From assembly GCA_964431315.1 (NCBI GenBank), contig CAYSJH010000001.1, forward strand, positions 22,688 to 86,687: a DNA stretch of 64,000 nucleotides, read 5' to 3'. The notes under the pieces are model-generated. The model saw nothing but the letters and a program-made list of their open reading frames with translations, ran no database searches and was not told the DNA's origin. Below are positions 1-9,128 of the stretch, one piece after another. How positions within the stretch are numbered: position 1 is the first letter of the stretch; every line of letters begins with the position of its first letter. A program made the position numbers and the translations under genes. Source of the stretch: an uncultured Bacteroides sp. (GTDB lineage Bacteria; Bacteroidota; Bacteroidia; Bacteroidales; SM23-62).

Positions 1-1717
1 TCCCCACGGGATCAACGATCCCGAATTCTTTCACAAACTTCTGGTTCACCAGGATGGAATTCTTGTTGTCGGTTTTTTCGTATTCCCTGGTGAAGGTCCT
101 TCCCTCAAGCAGGGTCAGTCCCATGGTCTCGAAATAATTGTCCCCCACGGTCAGCATGCTCACGTTTTCTTCCCTGTCGTCATAGGTCATCGTGGCACTC
201 CAGTTGTTCTGGCCGATATGGTGGCGGGATTCCCCGACCTGCTCGATCATCGGATTGGCTTTAATGGCGTCTCTGAAGGAGATGTAATATTCCTCGCTTG
301 GCAGGTACATGCCGATGATGTGGTCCTTGTCATACCCTAGGTACTGGTTGTTCTGGAAGCTGGCGTTCTGTGAATAAAGAACACCTGAATTCATGGCCTG
401 GACGGAGATGGCGATCTGGAGGGTCAGCAGGATGACCGAGAGCACATTCCTGCCACCGATCTTGAGCTTGTCCTGGAAGATGAGGACCGGATTGAAGCGG
501 CTGATGTAGAAGGATGGGTAGGCTCCGGCCAGGAGTGTTGTGATCAGCAGCAGGATCAGCAGGAACCCGAGGATCTCCGGGTTGCCTGCAAGGCTGAATT
601 CCAGGTCCATGTACTCCCACATCCGGGAATAGGCGGGAACGAGAATCGAAGCAAAGAACAGGGAAAGAAGCATGGCTGCCAGCGTCAGCATGAAATTCTC
701 CGTCATGAACTGGATGATGATTTGCCTGCGTGTTCCCCCGGCCACTTTCCGCACCCCGATCTCCTTCAGCCGCCTGCTTGAAAAGGCGATGGCCGTGTTG
801 GTGAAGTTGAAGCAGGCGATCAGCAGGATCAGCAGGGCCATGACGGGCGGGGCCTTGACAGCCGCCGGGTGGAAGCTGTACCGTACCCACCAGTTCGACC
901 ACATATTCCTTGCCTTATGCGCCACATCGAGGAAGGGGATAAGCCTGAAAGAGGAGATCTGGAAGTCCTCCCTTGCGTCGTTGTGGGCGGGGACGAAATC
1001 CTGCAGGAGTTTTTCCACCGTTGCTACCTGTGCGTGATTGGGAATCTGGACGAAGGTTGAGGAGACCCAGGTGCTCCAGTCGGTCTCATCCACATCCCAC
1101 ATGTCGATGAAATTATCGATCCTGGTGAGCACTTCGTAGAGAAAACTCGTGTTCAGGGGCAGGTGTTCGAACACGGCCCCGACCGTGTAGGTGAATTCCT
1201 GTCCCTGGTCATTGAAGATCGACATGGTCTCCCCGATCGGGTCTTTATCTCCGAAATAAATGGATGCGATGCGGTCGTCGATCATGATGTACTGCCGGTC
1301 TTTCAGGACGTCTATCGATCCCTTTATCACGGGAATGGTAAAGACCTCCGCGAACGTGGTATCCACGTACCCGATCCGCTTGCTGAAATTATTGAGTCCC
1401 ACTTTCAGCGGGGAATACGAGCCCGCATATCGGATAACACGATCCACCCCGCTGATATTCTGCCCGATCAGGCCGGCCAGGGGAAAGGGGGTCGCCCCGT
1501 AAGCCTGCTGCCTTCCCTGGATCTCCCTGGTAAAGGTGACCTTGTAAACATCGTTCCCCTTCACGAGCATTTTGTCCCAGTCTGCATCGTACCTTGCGTT
1601 CAGGTACGCCACAATGCAGATGGCAAGGGCGAGCCCGAGGGTGACCACGTTGATCAGCACGAACAGGGCATTGCGCGAAATGTTCCTCAGGCTGGTGACC
1701 AGGTAGTTTCTGAACAT
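1..1717 (-). CDS. ABC transporter permease, MacB/FtsX family (partial, runs off window start)
   Basis: Manual translation from ATG at 1717 is open through the N-terminal half: MFRNYLVTSLRNISRNALFVLINVVTLGLALAICIV, later LIACFNFTNTAIAFSSRRLKEIGVRKVAGG (FtsX-type motif). Absent from the ORF track, consistent with no stop inside the window. Confidence 0.9.
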   Translation of the reverse strand, partial: MFRNYLVTSLRNISRNALFVLINVVTLGLALAICIVAYLNARYDADWDKMLVKGNDVYKVTFTREIQGRQQAYGATPFPLAGLIGQNISGVDRVIRYAGSYSPLKVGLNNFSKRIGYVDTTFAEVFTIPVIKGSIDVLKDRQYIMIDDRIASIYFGDKDPIGETMSIFNDQGQEFTYTVGAVFEHLPLNTSFLYEVLTRIDNFIDMWDVDETDWSTWVSSTFVQIPNHAQVATVEKLLQDFVPAHNDAREDFQISSFRLIPFLDVAHKARNMWSNWWVRYSFHPAAVKAPPVMALLILLIACFNFTNTAIAFSSRRLKEIGVRKVAGGTRRQIIIQFMTENFMLTLAAMLLSLFFASILVPAYSRMWEYMDLEFSLAGNPEILGFLLILLLITTLLAGAYPSFYISRFNPVLIFQDKLKIGGRNVLSVILLTLQIAISVQAMNSGVLYSQNASFQNNQYLGYDKDHIIGMYLPSEEYYISFRDAIKANPMIEQVGESRHHIGQNNWSATMTYDDREENVSMLTVGDNYFETMGLTLLEGRTFTREYEKTDNKNSILVNQKFVKEFGIVDPVG

Positions 1718-1726
1718 GGCGGTGCT

Positions 1727-3223
1727 CTATTTGTATCGGAATATGAATTTGTCGTACACGATCAGCAGGAGGCAGGCCAGCAACCCGATCCCCATCAGGA
1801 TCAGCCCGAACAGCGCGGGATTGTAATTGATCCAGAGGTACTGGTTGAGCTGGCTGACATCCATTCCCATGCCATGGGCGGCTGCTGCGAGGTAATCATT
1901 CTGGCTGAAAGTTTCCGATATCTGCGGGATCTGCAGTCCCCATTTGCTGACCTCCTTCCCGAGCATGATGAACTTATCGGCCGTGATCTCATAGATCTTG
2001 CCTGAGAGGAGTCCCGCGAAAATATTCCCCGCCGCTATGGGCATAAAGTAGGTGCCCATGTAAAGGGCAGCCCTGTCGTCGGGGGCAAGCCTTCCGATGT
2101 ATTCGAGGATCTTCGGGGAGAAGGCCATTTCTCCCGCGCTGAAGATAAAGATGGAAAAGACCAGGAACCAGCCGTTGCGGGTCAGAAGGGCCAGGGTGAT
2201 CCCGATCGCGTTGACCAGGAACCCTGCGATCATGGTGTTGATGGGTTTGAAGCGCATCACCAGGCGGGACAGCAGTACCTGGAAACAGACGATGAAAAGG
2301 GCGTCAAGGGTAATGAATTTTTCGGCCAGGATGGCGCCGTCTCGCGTTGCCAGGGCGTCGGCGAGCCGCGGGAAAATCGTGTGGATCCCCCTGTACACAA
2401 CCCCGGTATCGACCCACTGGTCAATGTAGATCGGAAGGCTGTAAAAGTACTGCCAGTAAACCGTCCACCCGGCAATGATGATCAGCAGGAAGAGCGTGAA
2501 CTTGGTGTCCTGCAGTGCCAGGTAAATATTCCGGAATGCCTTCCTGAGTCCTTCGGAGAAGGGTTCCTGCTCAGGAACCGCGACCTGCTCAGGATCAGCG
2601 GCCTGCCCGGGCGCGGCTTCCTGCCCCGGTATAGCTTCCCGCTGCGGTTCCCGGTAAAAAAACAGCACGATGACCAGGTTCACCAGGATGGCCCCGCCCG
2701 ACATCACGAAGATGTAGTTCCAGCTGATCTCCCGGAGCTCGGATGCGACAAGGGGACCGATCAGTCCCCCTATGTTAATGATCATGTAAAAGATCCCGAA
2801 TCCCACCGATGAATTCGACTCATCGGTCGTCCGGGCGATGGTGGCCGAAATGATGGGCTTGAACATGGCCGCCCCGATTGCCACGTAGAAAAACGTGAGG
2901 AAAACACCCGCAAAGGAACTTACCAGTCCCATGAGGTAATACCCGCTTGACAGGACGATGAAGGCGGTGACAAGGACGCGTTTGTAACCGAAGCGGTCGG
3001 CCAGCGACCCGGTGATCACGGGAAGGAAATAGAGGATGGCATTCACGATCCCCATGATCAGTCCCTTTTCAACCTGGCTGAATCCCAGGGCACCCGTTTC
3101 CTGCGAACCGGTAAGGTAAAGGGCCAGCAGGTTGAAAACCCCGTAGTAAGCCCATCTTTCAAACAGCTCCAGGCTGTTGGCCGCCCAGAATGTTCGTGGA
3201 AACCGACTCTTTATCAATGACAT
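1727..3223 (-). CDS. MFS transporter, POT/PTR peptide transporter-like
   Basis: ELFERWAYYG N-terminal motif, GSLADRFGYKR MFS loop, many hydrophobic helices. Confidence 0.85.
   Translation of the reverse strand: MSLIKSRFPRTFWAANSLELFERWAYYGVFNLLALYLTGSQETGALGFSQVEKGLIMGIVNAILYFLPVITGSLADRFGYKRVLVTAFIVLSSGYYLMGLVSSFAGVFLTFFYVAIGAAMFKPIISATIARTTDESNSSVGFGIFYMIINIGGLIGPLVASELREISWNYIFVMSGGAILVNLVIVLFFYREPQREAIPGQEAAPGQAADPEQVAVPEQEPFSEGLRKAFRNIYLALQDTKFTLFLLIIIAGWTVYWQYFYSLPIYIDQWVDTGVVYRGIHTIFPRLADALATRDGAILAEKFITLDALFIVCFQVLLSRLVMRFKPINTMIAGFLVNAIGITLALLTRNGWFLVFSIFIFSAGEMAFSPKILEYIGRLAPDDRAALYMGTYFMPIAAGNIFAGLLSGKIYEITADKFIMLGKEVSKWGLQIPQISETFSQNDYLAAAAHGMGMDVSQLNQYLWINYNPALFGLILMGIGLLACLLLIVYDKFIFRYK
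2564..2635. repeat. 4 x 18-bp in-frame tandem repeat in the MFS central loop
   Basis: Units ttcctgctcaggaaccgc / gacctgctcaggatcagc / ggcctgcccgggcgcggc / ttcctgccccggtatagc; encodes AIPGQE AAPGQA ADPEQV AVPEQE. Confidence 0.75.
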
Positions 3224-3302
3224 ATCAGGATTCTAGGTCATGAAACCAGCCCTAAAAATAGCCCTAAGTATAGTCATTTTTTTTTAATATGCATGAGATG
3301 GA

Positions 3303-3935
3303 TCAGGCAGGATTCCGGTAGTAGAAATACGAGGTTTTGTTCCTCACATCGTCAAAGGTGTAAAGCTCCTTGTCCCTGTGGAATTCGAAGTAACTGAGCA
3401 GGGCGAAGTCCCCCGCGCACATCGTGGCATGAAAAAACAGCACCGAGATGTAGGTGAAGGAGGCGTAGCCCTTGACGAATATGAACCCGGCAAGGTTAAG
3501 CAGGGTAACGACCACGAAGGGGGAAAGGGCCAGGAATATGAACCCGGCCCGGCCGGTAACGAAATCATCCGCCACGGCATAGAAGGCGAAATGCTTCAGG
3601 ACCGCACCGAACCGGATCTTCGTTGCGCCGAGGAGGACGTATCCGATGGCATGGATCAGTTCGTGGATGGGGATAATCACGGTCATGGAAATGACCAGTC
3701 CGTAAAGGAACTGTTTCAGCAGGGAGACCGCGTTCATGTCCAGGACCGTAACCCCGTAGACAAAGGCCGACCACTGGAGGATAAAGAAAACGATGATCGA
3801 GATCAGGAAGAAAGCAATGATCCTTGTGCGCTTGCGGATGTACCCCGTGGCAAACTCCAGGATGTCTTCATACCGGAGCTTGTCCAGCAGCTTGAAACTT
3901 GGATCCGACCGTATATTTTCAACCGAAATGCGCAT
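3303..3935 (-). CDS. DUF3267-type membrane metalloprotease-like protein
   Basis: PIHELIHAIGY (HExxH) plus HATMCAGDF motif and TM helices; start moved to ATG 3935 (MRISVENI), which follows a GGAGG. Confidence 0.75.
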   Translation of the reverse strand: MRISVENIRSDPSFKLLDKLRYEDILEFATGYIRKRTRIIAFFLISIIVFFILQWSAFVYGVTVLDMNAVSLLKQFLYGLVISMTVIIPIHELIHAIGYVLLGATKIRFGAVLKHFAFYAVADDFVTGRAGFIFLALSPFVVVTLLNLAGFIFVKGYASFTYISVLFFHATMCAGDFALLSYFEFHRDKELYTFDDVRNKTSYFYYRNPA

Positions 3936-3952
3936 CCTCCAAATTAACCATT

Positions 3953-5305
3953 TTAAGCCGGCCTGACAAGCCTGCCGAGGAAAATTATGCACCCGGTCCG
4001 TCGGTCACGGATGAAATACAGGAAGGGATGGTCCGCATTGAACTGCACCGGTTCATCCCGGTACGCGGATTTCAGGCTTATGATTGCTCCGGTGGCCGCC
4101 GCGGCCTCCGTGCCGCTCTCGCTGACCTCGATTAACGCCTTGTGGATCACCTCGTCGATGTACAGGTTCTTCTCGCCGGTCATGCCGGAAAAATCGGCAT
4201 CCCTCCCGAACGCCAGGTCCATTCCCATCTGCGAAAGCTCATTGCGGAGATTCATCTTCAGTTCGGAACTGAACCGGGGGAGCGAAAGGCGGACCTCGGC
4301 GGACTTAAACTGTGATTCCACCTTGTCAAGCCGTTCCAGGTCGATCACCCTGCTGACGATTTCCCAGCCTTCGACGGCCCGCGGCAGGATGATCGTCATG
4401 GACAGCCGCTCGTTCCGGTAAGGCAGCCGGATGGCCTGGATCTCCTCGTCCTCGTAATAATCCATGGTCCTGGTCATATGCATGAAAGGGGTCATTTTGC
4501 TTTCCCGCGAATTCACACGGAAGATCGACGGGTTGGTCGCCTCTATGTCAAAAGTCCACATCCACTTCCCGTTAAAATAAATGGCATTGGTCAGGACCAT
4601 CCGCGTGTTCGCACTCAGCACCCCCGGGCCGATCAGGTCCTTTATCTTCCGGCGTGTATTGTCCTCCACCCACTGATTGATCATCTGCCGGTTCTCCTCC
4701 CTGGCCGCTTCAGCGGTGAAATCCATTTCCGTGAGCGGGGCGTCGAACCATTTTTTTATGTTTTCAAGGTATTGGGGGAGAAAATCAAAGTCCCTCTGGG
4801 TCCAGATGGCGTTGGCCAGGCTGATCTCCGTCCCCGGAAGGGTATCGCTCGAAAGGATCTCCTGTCTCAGCTCCCGGCTCGCCGGCTCGAGCTGTCCCGC
4901 AGGCGGAAAATAAAGCACCCCGCTCATCTGCCGGGCCGTCTCGCCGCCGGCACCGGAGTAACACATGGCCAGCACGGTGCTGATGCTGTAGGGGGAATAG
5001 ACAAGGTTCTCCGAGCGGGACTGCACCTGCTTGAACAGGTCAAGGGCAAAGAGGTTCCCGGCCTCCGCAAGCGCCGCTGCACTGTAATCGGATCTCTGGT
5101 TGCCGGTGCTTTCCGCCGATTTTTTCTGGGATTTGCAGCCCGTGAGGACCGGGCCGGCGCATAACGCCAGGCAAATCGCCAGACAGACCGCCGGGCGCAT
5201 TGCCAGACAGACTGCAGGGCGCATCATCGGGAGCCTTGCCGGGCGTATCGCCAGAGGTCTTGCCGGGCGCGTCGCCGGGCCGGAAATCGTAAGGAAACGT
5301 TTCAT
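3953..5305 (-). CDS. Serpin (serine protease inhibitor), probable lipoprotein
   Basis: NLVYSPYSI, LTNAIYFNGKW, hinge ESGTEAAAATG, FNADHPFLYFIR; lipobox-like LTGC. True start may be downstream of 5305. Confidence 0.95.
   Translation of the reverse strand: MKRFLTISGPATRPARPLAIRPARLPMMRPAVCLAMRPAVCLAICLALCAGPVLTGCKSQKKSAESTGNQRSDYSAAALAEAGNLFALDLFKQVQSRSENLVYSPYSISTVLAMCYSGAGGETARQMSGVLYFPPAGQLEPASRELRQEILSSDTLPGTEISLANAIWTQRDFDFLPQYLENIKKWFDAPLTEMDFTAEAAREENRQMINQWVEDNTRRKIKDLIGPGVLSANTRMVLTNAIYFNGKWMWTFDIEATNPSIFRVNSRESKMTPFMHMTRTMDYYEDEEIQAIRLPYRNERLSMTIILPRAVEGWEIVSRVIDLERLDKVESQFKSAEVRLSLPRFSSELKMNLRNELSQMGMDLAFGRDADFSGMTGEKNLYIDEVIHKALIEVSESGTEAAAATGAIISLKSAYRDEPVQFNADHPFLYFIRDRRTGCIIFLGRLVRPA
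5178..5273. repeat. 4 x 24-bp tandem repeat in the serpin 5' region
   Basis: gccagacagaccgccgggcgcatt / gccagacagactgcagggcgcatc / atcgggagccttgccgggcgtatc / gccagaggtcttgccgggcgcgtc; encodes MRPAVCLA-like units. Confidence 0.8.
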
Positions 5306-5394
5306 AATTCAAAGATTAATCGGGTAAAAGCGTTCAAACCATTCCTTCCCATCCTCAAAGTTACTCGAAATCCCGACATATTGCAGCCTGAGGT

Positions 5395-6519
5395 TCATTC
5401 GAAAACGTAGGCATAACCGGTGGAGCTTTTTGCTTTTTTATAGTATTCCCTGGCCTTCTTGTCATCGCCTTTTCCTGCATAATAACGGCTCAATCCAATG
5501 TACGCGTATGCCCTGGTATTATCGGCCATTTCACCGTAAGGCTCCGCCAGGCTGAGTCCCGCTTGATAATAACGGTACGCGGCTTCCGCATCACCTTTCT
5601 TTCGTTCCTCGTAAATTCCCATGTAGATCGTCCCCTCCATCCGGTTATACCCGTCCAGGCTGGTCATCTCCTTGATCGGCATCAGGGCATTATCGTATTG
5701 CCGGTTGACCAGGAGCATTTCGGTGTATAATGACAGGAAGGAGGGATTGCCGGGATATTCCCGGTGAATGAGTGAGGCATACCAGAGGGCCGAGTCGGGG
5801 TTGCTCTCATAATTAATGTTGATTATCGAAAGAAAAAGGGATGCCTGAGCCTTCATGAAGTACGTTTCCCTGGCTGCATAACGGAGCATTTTCAGTCCCT
5901 CTTCCCGGTCCCCCTTCCTGAAAAAAATGAGGGCGGGCCTGTAGACCGGGTGGGCCTCCGGATAAGCCTCCCTGTAATAATTGTAAAGTCCCGTTATAAA
6001 ATAGAACTCCTTGAATTCCTGCTGCATCCCGAAACCCTGCAGGATATCCCGGTAGATGGTTGAAAGATGTCCGATGGCACGGGAAGTCTTACCGTTGTCG
6101 GCATAGTACATGACAAGAAAGCTTCGGGCCATCAGCTCGAAGAACACCCCCTCGATATGCAGCTGGGGATCCTGCTGTTCCTTCTCTTTCAGTTTGCCGG
6201 CGCGTTTCAAGGATTCCTCCATGGCCATCTCAAACTCCCTGGAACCCGGGTGATCGGGCATCAGAGGATAGTACTTCCAGTAATAGATGAGTCCCTCGAA
6301 AAACGAAGTCACCGGGTGTTCCGGGTAGGTCCGCCTGAGCAACCCGAGGAGCTTACCCGCCTCCGTGAACTCAAAGTTGAAGACATGGTCTATCTCAGTC
6401 CTGACCTGGCGGAGTGTGGCGGTATCCCTCAGGAGGCTGGAGTTATCTGTGCTCTGGTCCCCGGCACTGGCAGTTCCGGTGATCAGGATAAGGCTCAATA
6501 ACATCCATTGAAAGCGCAT
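5395..6519 (-). CDS. Tetratricopeptide-repeat-like exported protein
   Basis: Signal peptide MRFQWMLLSLILITGTASAG; helical repeats such as AEAAYRYYQAGL and KAREYYKKAK; start chosen at ATG 6519. Confidence 0.7.
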   Translation of the reverse strand: MRFQWMLLSLILITGTASAGDQSTDNSSLLRDTATLRQVRTEIDHVFNFEFTEAGKLLGLLRRTYPEHPVTSFFEGLIYYWKYYPLMPDHPGSREFEMAMEESLKRAGKLKEKEQQDPQLHIEGVFFELMARSFLVMYYADNGKTSRAIGHLSTIYRDILQGFGMQQEFKEFYFITGLYNYYREAYPEAHPVYRPALIFFRKGDREEGLKMLRYAARETYFMKAQASLFLSIININYESNPDSALWYASLIHREYPGNPSFLSLYTEMLLVNRQYDNALMPIKEMTSLDGYNRMEGTIYMGIYEERKKGDAEAAYRYYQAGLSLAEPYGEMADNTRAYAYIGLSRYYAGKGDDKKAREYYKKAKSSTGYAYVFE

Positions 6520-6632
6520 GAGACTGGAATTACATTTTACTGAAACATCGCAGGAAAATCCGGCCAAAATTACGAAAAAGTCCCGCATCAAAAGAATCCC
6601 GGATCCTTTCCGGCCCATCATTCTGCTGATGC

Positions 6633-6729
6633 AGCCAGGTTTCAGGTTTCAGGAGTCGGGTTTTGAATATGCGGCCTCTGGTTTTGGTTCTGAGTAGCCA
6701 GGTTTCAGGTTTCAGGAGTCGGGTTTTGA
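6633..6729. repeat. Two identical 34-bp direct repeats with a 29-bp spacer
   Basis: agccaggtttcaggtttcaggagtcgggttttga at 6633-6666 and 6696-6729, with an internal tttcagg heptamer. Confidence 0.9.
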
Positions 6730-6805
6730 GTTGAAAATTGATAGTTTTGTGGATGGCAAATCCGGAGATTATGATGCCAGCGGCATGAAAAAGGACATTC
6801 CCACG

Positions 6806-7396
6806 ATGATGGAGATCGGCGACAAGGTGGTGAGCCTGGACCTGATCAACTGCAGATTTGTCTGCGACCTGGACAGGTGCAAGGGGGTTTGCTGCGTGGA
6901 TGGCGAATCGGGTGCGCCCCTTGAGGCCGGCGAGACGGAGACCCTTGACAGGGAATACCCGAATATCCGGCCCTACCTGAGGGAGGAGGGGAACAGGGCC
7001 ATTGCAAAACAGGGTACCTGGGTGGTGGATACGGACCAGGAGACGGTCACCCCGCTGGTCGAAGGAAAGGAGTGCGCCTATGCCGTATTCGAGGGGGACA
7101 TCGCATACTGCGGGATCGAAAGGGCCTGGGAGGCAGGCGTCACTTCGTTCAGGAAACCCGTTTCCTGCCACATCTATCCCATGCGGGTGAAGAATTACAG
7201 GGGATTCACGGGCATGAACTACGACCGCTGGAAGATATGCGATCCTGCGAGGGAACACGGGGAAAAGGAGGATGTACCTGTTTTTCGCTTCCTCCGTGAA
7301 GCAATCGAACGAAAGTACGGGGAAGAGTTTTACAGGAAGCTGGAGATCATTTCGCGGAATGTGGGACAAAAACCGGATGATAATATCGAACTTTAG
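6806..7396 (+). CDS. DUF3109 family Cys-rich protein
   Basis: FVCDLDRCKGVCCVDGESGAPL and RKPVSCHIYP motifs; start at MMEIGDKVVS. Confidence 0.85.
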   Translation: MMEIGDKVVSLDLINCRFVCDLDRCKGVCCVDGESGAPLEAGETETLDREYPNIRPYLREEGNRAIAKQGTWVVDTDQETVTPLVEGKECAYAVFEGDIAYCGIERAWEAGVTSFRKPVSCHIYPMRVKNYRGFTGMNYDRWKICDPAREHGEKEDVPVFRFLREAIERKYGEEFYRKLEIISRNVGQKPDDNIEL

Positions 7397-7424
7397 TGCA
7401 ATCCGATCGGCGGTCAGGATTCAT

Positions 7425-7482
7425 AAATAGTCACAAGCATGATCGATCAATTGTTACAAGCATGATCAAATAGTCGTTACAA
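7425..7482. repeat. Mosaic short direct repeats upstream of the dipeptidase
   Basis: acaagcatgatc x2 (7433, 7456), aaatagtc x2 (7425, 7468), gttacaa x2 (7453, 7476). Confidence 0.6.
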
Positions 7483-7497
7483 ACCAAACCCATTATC

Positions 7498-8868
7498 ATG
7501 GACCAGTTAAAACAATACATTGAAGAGAACAAACAACGCTTTCTTGACGAACTTTTTGAATTGATCCGGATCCCGTCGGTTTCGGCCAAACCGGAGAACA
7601 AACCGGATATGCTCAGGATGGCCGGTGCCTTAAAAGACGATTTGCTGGCTGCCGGTGCGGACGAGGCGCGGGTCATGGAGACTTCCGGCCAGCCGGTCGT
7701 TTACGGCTCCAGGATCGTTGACCCGGCACTTCCTACGGTCCTTATCTACGGGCATTACGACGTACAGCCAGCGGAACCGCTGGATCTCTGGAAATCACCA
7801 CCCTTTGAACCGGAGGTCCGCGACGGGAAGATATGGGCCCGTGGTGCGGATGACGACAAGGGTCAGATGTTCATGCATGTGAAGGCTTTTGAGTTTATGG
7901 AGAGGACCGGGCAGCTTCCCTGCAATGTGAAATTCATGATCGAGGGAGAGGAGGAGGTCGGCTCTCCCAGCCTGAAGGAATTCTGCCGCAGGAACAGGAA
8001 ACTCCTCAAGGCGGATGTGATCCTGGTTTCCGACACGACCATGATCGCGTCTGATATTCCTTCGGTTACAGTGGGACTGAGGGGATTGAGCTACTTTGAG
8101 GTCGAGGTGAGCGGTCCCAACCGGGACCTGCACTCGGGACTCTACGGCGGGGCCGTGATCAACCCTGTCAACGCCCTTTGCAAGATGATTGCTTCCCTGA
8201 CCAACGAGAAAAACGAGGTGACCATCAAGGGTTTCTATGATGATGTGCTGGTGCTCAGCCAGGCCGAAAGGGATGAAATTGCAAAGGAACCGTTTGACCT
8301 TGCAGCCTATAAAAAGGAACTCGAAATCGATGAGGTGGACGGGGAAAAAGGCTATACCACCCTGGAGCGGACCGGCATCCGGCCCAGCCTGGATGTTAAC
8401 GGGATATGGGGAGGTTATACGGAGGGGGGTGCGAAGACCATCCTGCCTTCGAAGGCGCATGCCAAGATCTCCATGCGGCTGGTCCCCCACCAGAAATCGG
8501 AGAGGATCGATAAGCTTTTTGAGTCCCACTTCAAATCCATCGCCCCCCCGGGTGTCCGTGTGAAGGTGAAGAGCCTGCACGGGGGACAGGGATACGTGTC
8601 TCCAACCGATACGGTAGCCTACCAGGCGGCCAGCAAAGCCATTGAAAAAACCTTTGGCAGGAAACCAATTCCCACGCGAAGCGGCGGGAGCATTCCGATC
8701 ATCTCGGACTTTGAGGAAGTGCTGGGGATCAAGTCCATCCTGCTGGGTTTCGGACTAGAATCCGATGCCATCCACAGTCCCAATGAAAATTATCCCCTGG
8801 AAAATTTCTTCAAGGGAATAGAAACCATCCCCTGGTTTTTCCGCTACTATGCCGAAATGAGCCGGTAG
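7498..8868 (+). CDS. M20 family dipeptidase (ArgE/DapE-like)
   Basis: YGHYDVQP, ARGADDDKGQ, EGEEEVGS, IHSPNE metal-binding motifs. Confidence 0.92.
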   Translation: MDQLKQYIEENKQRFLDELFELIRIPSVSAKPENKPDMLRMAGALKDDLLAAGADEARVMETSGQPVVYGSRIVDPALPTVLIYGHYDVQPAEPLDLWKSPPFEPEVRDGKIWARGADDDKGQMFMHVKAFEFMERTGQLPCNVKFMIEGEEEVGSPSLKEFCRRNRKLLKADVILVSDTTMIASDIPSVTVGLRGLSYFEVEVSGPNRDLHSGLYGGAVINPVNALCKMIASLTNEKNEVTIKGFYDDVLVLSQAERDEIAKEPFDLAAYKKELEIDEVDGEKGYTTLERTGIRPSLDVNGIWGGYTEGGAKTILPSKAHAKISMRLVPHQKSERIDKLFESHFKSIAPPGVRVKVKSLHGGQGYVSPTDTVAYQAASKAIEKTFGRKPIPTRSGGSIPIISDFEEVLGIKSILLGFGLESDAIHSPNENYPLENFFKGIETIPWFFRYYAEMSR

Positions 8869-8907
8869 GCAGGGAGCCAATTATTTCCGGACCGGAGCCA
8901 ACCATTC

Positions 8908-8965
8908 CCGGAGCCAACTATTCCCGGACCGCATCTATGCCTTTTCCCCTTTAACTTCTCCCTTT
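8908..8965. repeat. 58-bp direct repeat, left copy flanking the DUF1016 gene
   Basis: ccggagccaactattcccggaccgcatctatgccttttcccctttaacttctcccttt, identical to 10142-10199; preceded by two more ggagccaa..att.ccgg subunits (8873-8910). Confidence 0.95.
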
Positions 8966-9128
8966 CCTGTTTTCATCACTCTCTATTACTGTAATTCTTA
9001 AGTTCTTGTAAACCTGCCGGATACATTTCCTGAATCGATGTTTTAGGGTGTCCCGATGGCTGAATAACCCCATTTAATTAGCTGATATCTTAATCCGTAC
9101 GCCATTAATTCCTGTAAAGCCCTGTGAG

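Noticed and set aside
1500-1620. Suspected frameshift in the ABC permease because it is absent from the ORF track
   Set aside because: Manual translation is continuous across this stretch (DKMLVKGNDVYKVTF); the omission is explained by the ORF running off the window start.
6633-6729. CRISPR array (34-bp repeat, 29-bp spacer); also the 35/42-bp pair at 39836-39947
   Set aside because: Only two repeats each, no leader or cas genes, and the second pair is a copy of a CDS end.
8966-9100. Extension of the DUF1016-flanking repeat (ctgaataac, gctgat.tcttaat also at about 10245-10270)
   Set aside because: Only 6-9-bp matches in AT-rich DNA; too weak to call without an alignment score.
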